A DNA stretch of 64,000 bases from Tubulanus polymorphus (lineage: Eukaryota; Animalia; Nemertea), in the NCBI RefSeq assembly GCF_964204645.1, contig NC_134026.1, forward strand, positions 15,162,150 to 15,226,149, written 5' to 3'. Made by a program: the position numbers and the translations under genes. Below, piece after piece: positions 10,139 to 21,328 of this stretch. The first letter of the stretch is position 1; each line of letters begins with the position of its first letter. Below the pieces are notes generated by a model. It made no database searches and had not been told where the DNA came from. It saw only the letters and a list, made by a program, of their open reading frames with translations.

Positions 10139-11110
10139 ATGAGTCGTCCGGCTACCCGCTCCATAACTAGATCTCTTGATAGAAGTAGAAGTGCTGAAGA
10201 TATTCGCCATTTAGCCGAAGCCAGGGATGAACCGGGTATACAGAGTCTGTCTAGGGGTGACGGACCTCGTGTTAATTCCTCGGCGATGGATGTAGTATGT
10301 CCAAATGTTTCCTCCGAGGCCTACAATTATAAAATGAAACCTGAAAGTTATAATGGTGATACTAGCTGGTCTGATTACCGGTTAAGTTTTGAGACCGTTT
10401 CTCGTATTAACTCGTGGCCTGATCATGCAAAAGCCGATTATCTTTTTGCTTCACTTCGGGGTGCAGCTAGACAGTTGGTCTGTGCAAAACTTTCCTCAGG
10501 TGAAGCACTTAATTACTTTGAGATGTGCAAAGTTCTTGAATCAAGGTTCGGCAAAGGTGCCCATTCTCAGACCTATTTGGCTGAGCTCAAGAATCGCCGC
10601 CGTAAAAGACATGAATCCTTGAGAGAGTTGGGTCAATCTATTCTTGTTTCATGTGCACTTGCGTACCCAGATTTTCCGGGGGACCAACGCGAACAGATGG
10701 CGCATATGCATTTTATTGAAGCTTTAGAGGATAAGGAAATGAGATTAAAACTGTGGCAAACCAACTACCAAAGCTTGGACGAGCTTATTAGTTTCGCTCT
10801 ACGAATAGAGGGTATTCAGCTTATGGAAAATGAGCGGGAGGATAGATCCAATATTCCTCTTTATCAGGTTCGCTCTTCCGAGGCTGCTAGAAATGAGATT
10901 ACGCGCCTGCGTCAGGATTTTGAGAGGCTTAACGCTAATATCAGTAAAGTCGTGTCGCAACAAAATGACTATCCTGAGTACAGGTTCAAGCAGTGTTATC
11001 GATGTTTAAGATATGGCCATTTAGCGCACCATTGTAGGAACCCCCCTTCTTCTCATCCTCATAGAGAGAGTTTAAACGAGAAGCGGCTGGTCCAACAGGG
11101 GAAAGATTAG
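10139..11110 (+). CDS. gag: Gag (capsid plus CCHC zinc knuckle), 323 aa
   Basis: KPESYNGDTSWSDY...L.G.A capsid motif and zinc knuckle CYRCLRYGHLAHHC. Confidence 0.95.
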   Translation: MSRPATRSITRSLDRSRSAEDIRHLAEARDEPGIQSLSRGDGPRVNSSAMDVVCPNVSSEAYNYKMKPESYNGDTSWSDYRLSFETVSRINSWPDHAKADYLFASLRGAARQLVCAKLSSGEALNYFEMCKVLESRFGKGAHSQTYLAELKNRRRKRHESLRELGQSILVSCALAYPDFPGDQREQMAHMHFIEALEDKEMRLKLWQTNYQSLDELISFALRIEGIQLMENEREDRSNIPLYQVRSSEAARNEITRLRQDFERLNANISKVVSQQNDYPEYRFKQCYRCLRYGHLAHHCRNPPSSHPHRESLNEKRLVQQGKD

Positions 11111-11130
11111 CTGACTTTGGTGTGTCCCCT
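11071..11130 (+). promoter_or_regulatory. -1 ribosomal frameshift signal (U UUA AAC plus predicted pseudoknot)
   Basis: Heptamer TTTAAAC 11071-11077 is in X XXY YYZ register of gag. The -1 frame is open from there into pol. Stem cggctggtc/gattagctg has a loop agggga that can pair with tcccct. Confidence 0.8.
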
Positions 11131-14100
11131 TCAAAAGTAGTTCCTTCGGTTAAATCGGATATCAACTTACCTAGTTCCATGTATATTCCTGCCTCGATTT
11201 GGGGAGTTCAGGTCAAATACCTTGTAGATACTGGAGCTCACGTAACTATTCTTAGCCGTCATGTCTATTCTAAACTTAGAGACAAAATTAAACTATGTAA
11301 TTCTAGTGTAAATTTAAGAGCAGCTGATAATCTTCCAATCAAGGTTTTAGGATCTGCCGTCATACCTATAGGTTTATTCGACTCCAGTATCACCTGGGAA
11401 GTCGTCGTGGCGGACATCAAAGATGACGCCATTCTCGGAATGGATTTCTTGTCAGCATATGACTGTCATCTTCACCCTAGGCATCAGACAATCACGTGCC
11501 AGGGTCATCAGATCAGTGTTGAAAATTCTCCTTCTAATCCTGTGTTAGTAAGAAGTAAAGATAAAATCAAGGTTCCCCCTCTAACGGAGGTAATCATTCC
11601 TTGTTATAAGAGAGGTTCTCATTCATTGGCCAAATGGGCTATTGTTGAATCTAATCATAATTGGAAATTAGGTATTGATCTTTGTGTAGCTCGGAGCATA
11701 ATTGATACTGATTGTGAAGCGATCCCCGTCAGGGTGGTCAATTTAAGTGATTCTTCACGTATCATTTATCAGAATTCCCCTCTCGCTATCCTCTCAGGAG
11801 TAAGAGCTGTATGGTCTGAATCCGATTCAGTGTCTAAGGTAGAAAGTACTTACCCGGAGAGTCTCAAGGATAAAAATCAAGCGGAGCCCGATCACCTCAA
11901 AGATCTTATAAAACGTAGTTGCGAAGGGTTGGATCCGATACAGTCCAATCAAGTTAAGAAACTGATTTTGAAATACTCCGATGTATTCGCTAAATCTGAC
12001 TTGGATTTGGGAGAAGCCATGGGGGTTGAACACACTATTGACACGGGACATCTTCCGCCTATTAAACAGAAAGTTCGGCGGGTCCCTCAGGCTAAGCAAC
12101 CTGAATTGAATTCATTATTAGGTAAAATGCAACAATCTAACGTGATTGAAAAGAGCAATTCTGGCTGGAATTCCAGTATCGTACTAGTCACCAAGCCAGA
12201 CGGTTCGCTCCGATTGGTTAATGATTTCCGAGATTTAAACCAACACACGGTTGCCGATGCCTATCCATTACCTAGAATAGACGATACTATCCGATCTATG
12301 TCGGGTGCTGTTTTCTTTTGTCAAGCCGACCTACAGAGCGGCTATTGGCAAGTTAAATTATCAGAGAATGACCGTGGGAAGACTGCATTTGCTACCCCTC
12401 ATGGGTTTTATCAATATCGTAAACTACCTATGGGATTGAAAAATTCTGCCGCTACTTTTGAGAGACTTATGGAAAGAGTTCTCGAGGGTCTTTTGAATGA
12501 CATTGTTTTAGTTTATTTAGATGACATCATTGTTTATGGGCGTGATTTTGAGACCATGTTGACTAACCTTGAGAAAGTTTTTATTCGTCTTCGTTCAGCT
12601 AATTTGAAACTCAAGCCCAAAAAGTGTAATTTCTTCCGTCGTAGAGTTCAATTCCTTGGTCATGTTGTTTCTGACAAAGGTGTCTCCTGTTCGGAAGAGA
12701 AAATCAAAGCTATTAAAGATTGGGTTAGACCCTCTACTCAAACCGAGACTAGACAATTCCTCGGTTTGGCTAGCTATTATAGGGCATTTTGTCCTAATTT
12801 TGCTTCCATAGCTAAGCCACTTCATTCCTTGACTGAGAAGTACAAGGTGTTCCTGTGGACTGAGGAGTGTGAGACTTCTTTCCTTAAACTTAAGGAGATG
12901 TTAATAACAGCGCCGGTACTAGCTTTTCCTGACCCTAAGCTTCCGTATATTCTGGACACGGATGCCAGTGGCTGGGGTATAGGTGGCGTTTTGTCTCAAC
13001 TGGACGAATCCGGTCGTGAGTGAGTCATTTTCTATGGCAGTAGAACCTTGAGTAAAACTGAGAGAAACTATTGTGTTACGCGTCGAGAGTTACTAGCTGT
13101 GGTCGTTTTTGTGAAATTCTTCCGATATTATCTGGAAGGTCATAAGTTCACGGTCCGCACCGATCACTCCTCCCTCCGCTGGATGATGAACTTCAAAGAA
13201 CCCGACGGGCAAACTGCCCGATGGCTGTCTCTCCTTTCGAGTTTCGAATTCGATATCGTACACCGTGAAGGGCGTAAGCACACTAACTGTGACGCTCTTT
13301 CTCGCACTAATTGTCCGCAGTGCCAGCGTATGGAAAGTAAATGCTCCGGTAGTAACGAGAAGCCAATCAAACTCAAAGATCTCAGGGTCAATGCAATTTC
13401 TCCTGATACACTTCCTGAGGCTGAGTCCCATGTGGCTAAATTTCTTCCCTCTGATGAGTGGGAGCCACAAAATTTGGCTCAAGCACAGCGTGCCGACCCT
13501 GAGTTTGGATGGATCTTTGATTACATTTATAGTGACTCTCGTCCGGCCTGGTCCGAGATTTCTGCTCTTAGTCCTGCAGCCAAGTTCTATTGGGCTCTGT
13601 GGAATTCCATCACAGTAATTGATGGTGTTTTGCATATAACTAAGAAGAGAGAGGGATTCCCTGACTCTGTACTTACTCTTTTACCTCTCCAATATAGAAA
13701 AAGTGTGTTCGAAAATATTCATTCCTCTGTAACATCCGCACATTTAGGTATTCGAAAGACTACATTCAGTATGCACCGACGTTTCTTCTGGCATTCTATT
13801 TTGTCAGACATTAAATCTTTCTGTCGTTGCTGTGAAGATTGTCAAGCTAGAAAGTCGTTATCTGAAAAGAGGCCCAAAGCAAAACTGATGTTATACAATG
13901 TAGGTGCTCCTCTTGAGAGAGTAGGAATCGATATCTTAGGTCCGTTACCTGAGTCCAGATCTGGTAATAGCTATATTGTGGTGGTTTGTGACTATTTCAC
14001 AAAGTGGGCGGAAGCCTACCCTATTCCCAATCAAGAAGCCGAAACAGTGGCTGAGCAGCTTGTTACGAATTTCATTAGTCGATTTGGTGTCCCTAGATCC

Positions 14101-14895
14101 TTGCATTCGGATCGCGGACAAAACTTTCTTTCCAAGTTGATGACAGAGTTATGTGCCATTTTACACATTCGCAAGACCAACACTACTCCTTATAGACCCT
14201 CTTCTAATGGTCTCGTCGAGAGATTTAACAAGACGCTAGCTCAGAGTTTGAGAACTCGTGTGAATGAGAAACAGGATGACTGGGATGAGCACTTACATTT
14301 CATTACTATGGCTTTTCGAGCTACAGTACATGATGTGACCGGATTCTCACCCAATTTTCTCATGTTCGGACGTGAAGTCGATATGCCGGTGGACCTTATA
14401 TCTGGCCGTCCAGCGAACCAGGTGGCTTTTCCGTTTACTCAGTATGTAGCTGAAATGAAGCGCGAGATAGAATCTGCATTTGAGATTGTCCGAATTAATA
14501 TAGGAAAGAGAGGAAAGAGAAATAAACGGAACTACGACTTACTTAGATCTGGGGGGAAATACAGTGTCGGGGATCAGGTATGGCTATTCCGTCCTGCTGT
14601 AGCGGTCGGCTGTAGTAGAAAGCTTTCGTCTTTCTGGAAGGGTCCATTCCCCGTCATCGAAGTAATTAATGACGTGGTATACAGGCTGTCGGTTCAGGGA
14701 AAGTCCGTAACAGCTCATTTTGATCGTCTCAAGCCGTATCATGCTGGTAACGTTTGTCCTCCTGAAATTAGAGACAAGAAAATGAGTGAAAGTAATTTTA
14801 GAAATTCTGACTTAACCCAGTCGGTGTATGATTCGTCAGATCCAGTTGTAACACGTTCGGGACGTCACATTAAGCGACCATCTCGATACAGTTGA
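11071..14895 (+). pseudogene. pol: Pol polyprotein (protease, RT, RNase H, integrase) with a single in-frame TGA at 13021-13023
   Basis: LVDTGA, YLDD, TDAS, H-H-C-C, DILGP/SDRG/ERFN and KGPF motifs. ORFs 11122-13023 and 13048-14895 share a frame. GAG TGA GTC sits where E-R-V is expected, consistent with CGA>TGA. Confidence 0.95.
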
Positions 14896-15199
14896 GATCT
14901 CTTTGTTGTTGTCTGTAAGGGTTAACCTTAGCGTTCCTAAGGGCCTGTTGGGTGCAGTGATAACTTGTACTAATCATTGAATATGTATACATAGTAGTAA
15001 TTAATCTTAAAAATTTTTCTGCTGTGGGTTTCTTATCTTTCTTGCGGTAATCTCGTGAGATGTAACTCGTTTATAGAGATGTATTCCTTCCTCCTTCTCT
15101 TGGAGGGGGTTTAAAACTATTCTCCACCCTTTTTCTGGCTAGGATGCCACCTTATATACTCACTGACAAGTGGGTTCAATTCGGGTGAAGTTACTTAAG

Positions 15200-15200
<1 letters not shown>

Positions 15201-15237
<37 letters not shown>
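15201..15237. repeat. (TA)n microsatellite just upstream of the ORF3 acceptor
   Basis: Visible TA run. Confidence 0.95.
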
Positions 15238-15240
<3 letters not shown>

Positions 15241-15276
15241 CTTTGTTTTCTCTTTTTCTATACATTTTCAGTGAAT

Positions 15277-16086
15277 ATGGACGCCCAGGACAAGTGGACG
15301 TGTCACGACTGCGGTCTTAGGCTTAGTAACACGTACAGGAAGTCGCGCCACCAGGTGTCTTGCACCTGGAAGCTTTTCGGTCGCAAAACGTATCCGGCCG
15401 GCACGGTATTTTCATGCCTTATGTGTGGATTTAGTAATCCGAAAGTGGCGAGGGTAATAACTCACATATCAAAATCGCATCGCGACCGCGTAAGAAGGAA
15501 CGGCAATACTTATGTCGGTTTGATTCGTTCGTGTGTGCCGGAGGGAGTGCCTCGGACGGTTTTCCCGGGCCTCCCTACCGCTAGTTTTGTGTCCGACGTC
15601 GGACTGGATGAGACTGGAGAATCATCGGTGTCGGAACTCCCGAAGAAGTTCCCGTTTTTTTCGTTACCGCCGCCGCCTCCTCCGCCGCCGTATTCACCGC
15701 CTCCGCCGCCTAGTTCGCCGCCTCCGCCTATCGAAACGCCTACATTGTTCGATTGTTTGAACATTCCGCTTCCAGGACAACCTGCGCTGTGCAGTTTTGA
15801 TGTATCGACGGAAATCATTCTTGACGGCATTGAGGAACCTGCAAACTCATCCTTACTCATGCGAACATCTACACCCGTACCAGCTGAAGACGCGGTTCCC
15901 GTGGAGATCAACCCTGCAGTACTTTCCGAACCTTCGTGCGCTGTCGGTAATTCTCCGGTCTCCAAGCAATGTGGCGCTGTTCGGCATGTTCACGATTTTC
16001 GCGGACACCACCTCGAGATATCGGTCCCGGTTGGAGTCCCGATTAACTGCCCGTTGTGTCTTCACCTGGTCAAATCTTTTGAATAA
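15277..16086 (+). CDS. Accessory ORF3 of the Gypsy element: two zinc-finger-like motifs, polyproline with PPPY, C-terminal HxH/CxxC motif
   Basis: Acceptor ctttgttttctctttttctatacattttcAG (ending 15271) precedes ATG 15277. Motifs CHDC-x12-H-x3-C, CLMC-x12-H-x4-H, PPPPPPPPYSPPPPP and HVH...CPLC. Stop lies 66 bp before the 3' LTR. Confidence 0.75.
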   Translation: MDAQDKWTCHDCGLRLSNTYRKSRHQVSCTWKLFGRKTYPAGTVFSCLMCGFSNPKVARVITHISKSHRDRVRRNGNTYVGLIRSCVPEGVPRTVFPGLPTASFVSDVGLDETGESSVSELPKKFPFFSLPPPPPPPPYSPPPPPSSPPPPIETPTLFDCLNIPLPGQPALCSFDVSTEIILDGIEEPANSSLLMRTSTPVPAEDAVPVEINPAVLSEPSCAVGNSPVSKQCGAVRHVHDFRGHHLEISVPVGVPINCPLCLHLVKSFE

Positions 16087-16134
16087 CCTTATATATATAC
16101 TTTACCTTTGTCGCCTTTTCTGAGCGGGTCGCTC

Positions 16135-16152
16135 AGGGCTGGTGGGGGGCTT
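16135..16152 (+). promoter_or_regulatory. Polypurine-tract-like plus-strand primer site
   Basis: G-rich agggctggtggggggc immediately before the 3' LTR TG. Confidence 0.65.
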
Positions 16153-18168
16153 TGTAGCGGAAATTCGTTTCACTTCGTTCTGTTCTTTTTATTTTCCAGC
16201 TGCAGAGTCCTCCCCAGCTCAGTCTAAAATTCATATTAAATTCCTATTAAAAGTTTGTATGATGTAAAATAAAACCTTATAATGTATTTGTAACTCTGAG
16301 ACAAGAATGTTTAATGCTTTGGACTTCGGTCTGGTGGATTAGAAACTATTTTTATTTCTATCTTAATGAAATATTGTATGATTTAATCTGAATTCAAAAA
16401 CTGTACCTAAAGACCTTTTCTATGTGTTCGGGTCACTCCCGGTTTGTATTTTTCGAGTTAATGTGCCTAAATCGATGTTCCCGTGCTTAAATCGATATTT
16501 TTATGCTGTGCTCTGTGCCCGAGATGGCGCCACTATACGGCTCTTAATTATATTGTGTGCTCGGGGTGCTTTGTTTTAACCAATTAGATGGGGTTACGTC
16601 ATAATCTGGGCTCTATAAAAGGCAAAAATGTGCTTTATTAATTAGTCTCGGTGCACATTCTTAGGTGTGTATTACTAAGATTTTGAACTATGGGGGGAGG
16701 GATTAATCTAATTTTCTTAGTAAGTCATACTTAGCACTGATTCTCTTTAAGTATTTCTTGGTCCTTATTCTCAAAGTTGTTTTTCTTCCAAGATGTTTTC
16801 GGAAAACAATCTTTCAGGGTTCAAGGAGGTTTTCTCCTTCGAATTATTCCCCGAAAGTATTCTTCTTTCCGATTTCCTCTCTTGGTTTTTCCCTCAACTT
16901 TTGAGTTTTCGGAGTAGTGACCATCTCTTACATAAACATAATAGGAAGAATGATTAAATAAATACTTAACTGGAACTATGATTAAATATAGCGAAAATTC
17001 TTATCTTTATTAAGAGCACTTAGAGTTACATCTTCTTTAGCGTAAAACGAGCGCAGGGTTTAAGTAACTATTGTTGAGTCGTAATTTTAGAATATCTGAA
17101 ATCTTTATTCCTAATACTATTGAATTCTGGTGCGATTCGTGCACTTGTATTAAGGGCAATATGCCCTTGTTAATCTCCTCCTTTGGTGGCCGGTTGGCCA
17201 TCTTATCTACCTTAAATGTTGTAAATAAGAGATAACCTCGAGGTTGTGTATATATTGTTCATTGTTCGAATATTTCCAAGAAATAATAAATAGTATTCAA
17301 GAGAATATTATCATATACATAAAATTCTAAATCTTTGCCTTTTTCCCTAAACTATTTTTGTGGTGTCGGATTTACTATCAATTGAGGAAAGGATTTTCTT
17401 GTGCATTTTTGGGATTCTGTGACACCATAAAATATTCTTGAAGAATCTTGTGGGTTGGAGAGTTTAGGGCATCATGTAAGTCTTCAAAAAGGGGAAGCAT
17501 TGAGGGCACCCTCTAGTGGGAGAGGCCAAAAATTGGTGAATGCTCCTCGTTTTATTTAGTTGGTATCTATTATTCTTTTTGAAGCTAAACGCCTGATCAG
17601 GTCGGCTGTGGAGGCCGGAAATACTTGTAGCGCTGGACGCAGTCCTGTATTTCCTCCTCAGTCGGAGAGAAAGCTAGGGGATTTTTATTTTATTTGACTC
17701 ATTCATGATTCTTCTATTAATTCTTTTGGTCACAGTTTTTCATACATGCACACGCCTTTTTCATGGGTGATTTGTGAGGACATTCAGTCACCCGTGTTAC
17801 CATTATGACTTATCACTGAGAATTAGGACTCCTTTAAGTATTCTCACTCACCAGAGGAAGACTTGACATATTTTTGCGCGTTAAATCTCATGGAGGAAAA
17901 CAAGAGAATTTTCCCCTTCTAGCTTCTCTACCTCCCAGATGCTAGTGACGTGAGCGAACCCTAGAAGCGACGCCTATATGCAACTTTTTCCTTAAATGTA
18001 TAGGATTATAGAAAGAGAGAGAGAGAGTTACCTGTATTCCCTCTTGGTCGAGGAAATTCCGAGAGTTGAGACCTTAGACTTGACATTATGAGTTTTAACG
18101 GAAACGGAAGTAGATTTTTGTAGTCACTTGCCAGAGCACGCTACCCCGAATCCCGGTATTCCGCTTCA
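16153..18168 (+). repeat. 3' LTR (2016 bp)
   Basis: Direct repeat of 7809-9838, followed by TSD CCTG. Confidence 0.98.
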
Positions 18169-18179
18169 CCTGAATGACA

Positions 18180-19196
18180 TTTTTAGCCCACTCGGGACTT
18201 AGGCCTACTGCGTTCACTTTTCGTCTTTGTCCGTTCGTCCGTCCGTAGACAGAATTCAGTTATTTTGGGAAGTTTTGAAGACGCTTACAGCGATGGATCT
18301 TCTTGAGCTTTAGTTTATACATGAATCTACCCTATATACATCTTCTGCCTAAAAACTGGCTCGATCAGAATCAAGATGGCCGACTGGCAGCCATTGTTGT
18401 TCGCCAAAATTAGCACTTTTTACACATTTTGAAGTTTTCAAGGGAAATTTTGAAAACGTTTAAACAATTATCTTGATCTTTCAAATATGCCTATGTTTGT
18501 TGTCCCCTATGATGCAACAGTAGGCCTATAAGAGAGATTGGGTCGATCGGACCCAAGATGACCGTCGTGTGTCCTGAATTTCGAGACGGAATAGCTCATG
18601 ACATGTTGTATGATTGTGATTGAGTTTCAAGGTTATTGGTTTTTGTATATGGTCACCAGGGGGCGTTGAATAGCCGAATAACTTAGTATCTTCCTTTTAT
18701 ATTGGTATCTAGACATATTTTGTAACCACAATGAATTGTAAAATTGTAGCTTGTGGCATTTGCTATGATTGTGGTGAGTTTCAAGGTCATTAGTTTTTCT
18801 GTATGGTCACTTGGGGGCGTTGAATATCCGAATAACTAACTATTTTCATATTCTATTGGTACCCAGGCATATTTTGTAACCACAATGAATTGCAAAATTG
18901 TAGCTTGTGACATTTTCTATGATTGTGGTGAGTTTCAAGGCCGTTAGTTTTTCTGTATGGTCACCAAGGGGCGTTGAATATCCGAATAACTAACTATTTT
19001 CATATTCTACTGGTACCCAGGCATATTTTGTAACCACAATCAATTGCAAAATTGTAGCTCATGACATGTTTGATGATTGAGGTGAGTTGTAAGGTGATTG
19101 CTTTCTTAATAGGGGGCGTTGAATATTGAAAATTTCTGTTTGGTGAGCATTTCAAACCACTTCCCAAGTGGGCATGGTGTCCCTGGACCCCTAGTT
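18180..19196 (+). mobile_element. Non-autonomous Helentron-type element (HINE/DINE-like), family 1, with ~154-bp internal tandem repeats
   Basis: 5' TTTTAGCCCAC, (GTCC)n microsatellite, repeat units at 18651/18805/18959, and 3' ccacttcccaagtgggc...ggacccCTAGTT. T-runs on both sides. Confidence 0.8.
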
Positions 19197-19244
19197 GGAG
19201 TTTAAATAAGGCCAGAAATCGGGGTTGGTGTTTATGAGAAACTA

Positions 19245-19712
19245 ATTTTTAGCCCACTTAGGACTTTTGTCGCAGCGGGCTATTGCGTTCACTTTTCGTC
19301 CGTCGTCCGTCTGTTCGTCCGTCCGCCTGGCCGTCCGTCAACTTTTGCTTCAATTTGTTACTAGTACCACAGTTCTTCTCTGATCTTGATGGAAATTGGT
19401 CTGAAGATACTATGGGTCAAGCACTAAAAAGTTATAGAGCCGTTTTTCCCAATTTAATCACTAGGGGGCACTGAACAGGTGGCGCATGTAAAATCTTTAT
19501 ATTGCTTCTTGTCCTACAATTATGATCCAATCTTGACGAAACTTGGTATATAGATACTATGGGTCAAAGGCTAAAACGTTATAGAGCCATTTTCCCAATT
19601 TAATCTCTAGGGGGCGCTGAACAGGTGGCGTAAAATCTTTATATTGCTACTTGTCCTACAATTTGCAAATAATGCAATCTTGACGAAACTGGGTATATAG
19701 ATACTATGGGCC
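19245..19712 (+). mobile_element. Truncated family-1-related HINE with a different (~147-bp) internal repeat
   Basis: Same 5' end (tttttagcccacttaggact...gcgggctattgcgttcacttttcgtccgtc). gatactatggg recurs at 19406, 19553 and 19700. Confidence 0.7.
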
Positions 19713-20062
19713 TACAGGCTTGACTGATTTTCTCTTAACTTTGTTTAGTTAGGGGTGGAACGAAGATGTGCCCTATTGTGTTTGATTTCTGTAGGTCATC
19801 CAAATGGCTGCCCCAGCCATATTCCTAGAGCGTAATTTCACCGGTCACCATTTTGGGTTTCGACAAAATAATGAAATATCTAAATACCAGTAAAGAAAAA
19901 TTTATTGAGCTAAATAAACATCTTTGTTTCTACCACAAACCAAAGCGGCTATCAAGAATAATCTTACCAACTGCTAATTTTGTTACTTGCAAAATATTGA
20001 GTCAACCTTCTTGATTTGAACGTTCCAGTTAACCAGTTCGCTAACTTTTTTCACGTTCTGAT

Positions 20063-20670
20063 GTTTTATTTTATTTTATTTTATTTATCGTATCATTTCA
20101 CACAAAAATGTAGAAAGATACACACAAGTTTACAGGATAGAGAAATTGGAAAAAAAGAAGAAAAAAAAAGATAACCAAAAATATTACAAAATAACATAAT
20201 CGTTTTAAAATCAGTACAAGAAGACAAAAAATGTTTTACCAAAAAAGATTTACACTTTTATATCAGACATAAATATTCAATTATATCATCAATGTTGCTG
20301 TCATTTGATTCATATCTTAGGTCAAGGAAATCTCGAATATGTGTGGCAGATTATGAGACATCATAATCATCATTTAAAATCAACGAGGATATAATATTTC
20401 TATTCAGGTTAAATTCATAGCAAATATGAGTAAGAGTATTTCCTGTCGGGGAATTACTGCCAGAAATTAAAATTTTACTGAGGATTTGAAGTACAGTATT
20501 ATTACTTTCACACATGCTTATAAAAAACTTAATGAATCTATTGAATAGCTGTAATTGAATTGGGAGATCATCACAAATACCATGCAAAAGATTGGAGTGA
20601 GTGCGGTAGGGCAAGTTAAAAAGTTTGCGAACAAATTTTCTCCAAGTGATAAAAAACATAGGCCTATTTA
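20063..20670 (-). mobile_element. 5'-truncated non-LTR retrotransposon (LINE) 3' end
   Basis: ORF fragment TWRKFVRKLFNLPYRTHSNLL...QLFNRFIKFF resembles a post-RT LINE C-terminus. It is followed by a 3' UTR and an (AAAAT)n tail. Confidence 0.65.
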
Positions 20671-21328
20671 CATCGGCTTGTTTCAAAAAATTTTATATTG
20701 ATGTTTTGAAATAGGCTTAATTTCAAATATTTCATAATTAGATAAAAATGCAAATTAAGGCGCAATGGTTTAATTGATAACTGGTGTAACTTTATTTTTC
20801 AGTTGGAAACAGATTTTATAAGAGGCAACGTAAGTTCTTTTATCTTGAATTGAAATTCACTTGGATGTTATATGTAGGCGTTTTAGAATGGAAGGGAACA
20901 GGAAGAAAATAAAAATAAAATTCCTTTTATTATTTGAGTATTTTCCACATAAAACCTGCAGAAAAAGAATTTTTAAAAATTGTGATGAATTTTATTCAAA
21001 TGATGGGAGAAATTTAAAAAGAACTAACATTTTTTTTGCTTATCATGAGATTAGAAAATTAAGATGAACATAACTTTTGCCAGTTACTGGGTTGAAAATC
21101 AAGATGAGCACACAAATTGGGGGTGTTTTAAAGTTTGAAAACACGTACGGAGGACTAAAACATGTTTTTCTAAATTTGATGATTTTTGCAGAATTCCAGG
21201 AGCTGGATTCGTTCTATTAGTAAAATAAAAAGCCCTTAGAATGTGATTAATTTACAAAGATTTTGCATGTTTTGAAAAATACTGAACTGACCTGATTATA
21301 ACTTTACTGATAATACTACATATCTCAG

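Larger units (their letters stand above)
7809..18168 (+). mobile_element. Full-length Gypsy/Ty3 LTR retrotransposon with a third ORF
   Basis: TG...CA termini with terminal IR TGTAGCGGAA/TTCCGCTTCA; 4-bp TSD CCTG (7805-7808 and 18169-18172); two near-identical LTRs; PBS; gag; PR-RT-RH-IN order. Confidence 0.98.

Noticed and set aside
13021-13047. Pol split into two separate genes
   Set aside because: Both parts share a frame, the break falls inside RNase H, and a single CGA>TGA change explains it.
13093-13635. Antisense ORFs within pol, env and ORF3 (e.g. 13093-13635, 1585-1941, 15510-15965)
   Set aside because: Shadow frames of real coding sequence with no motifs of their own.
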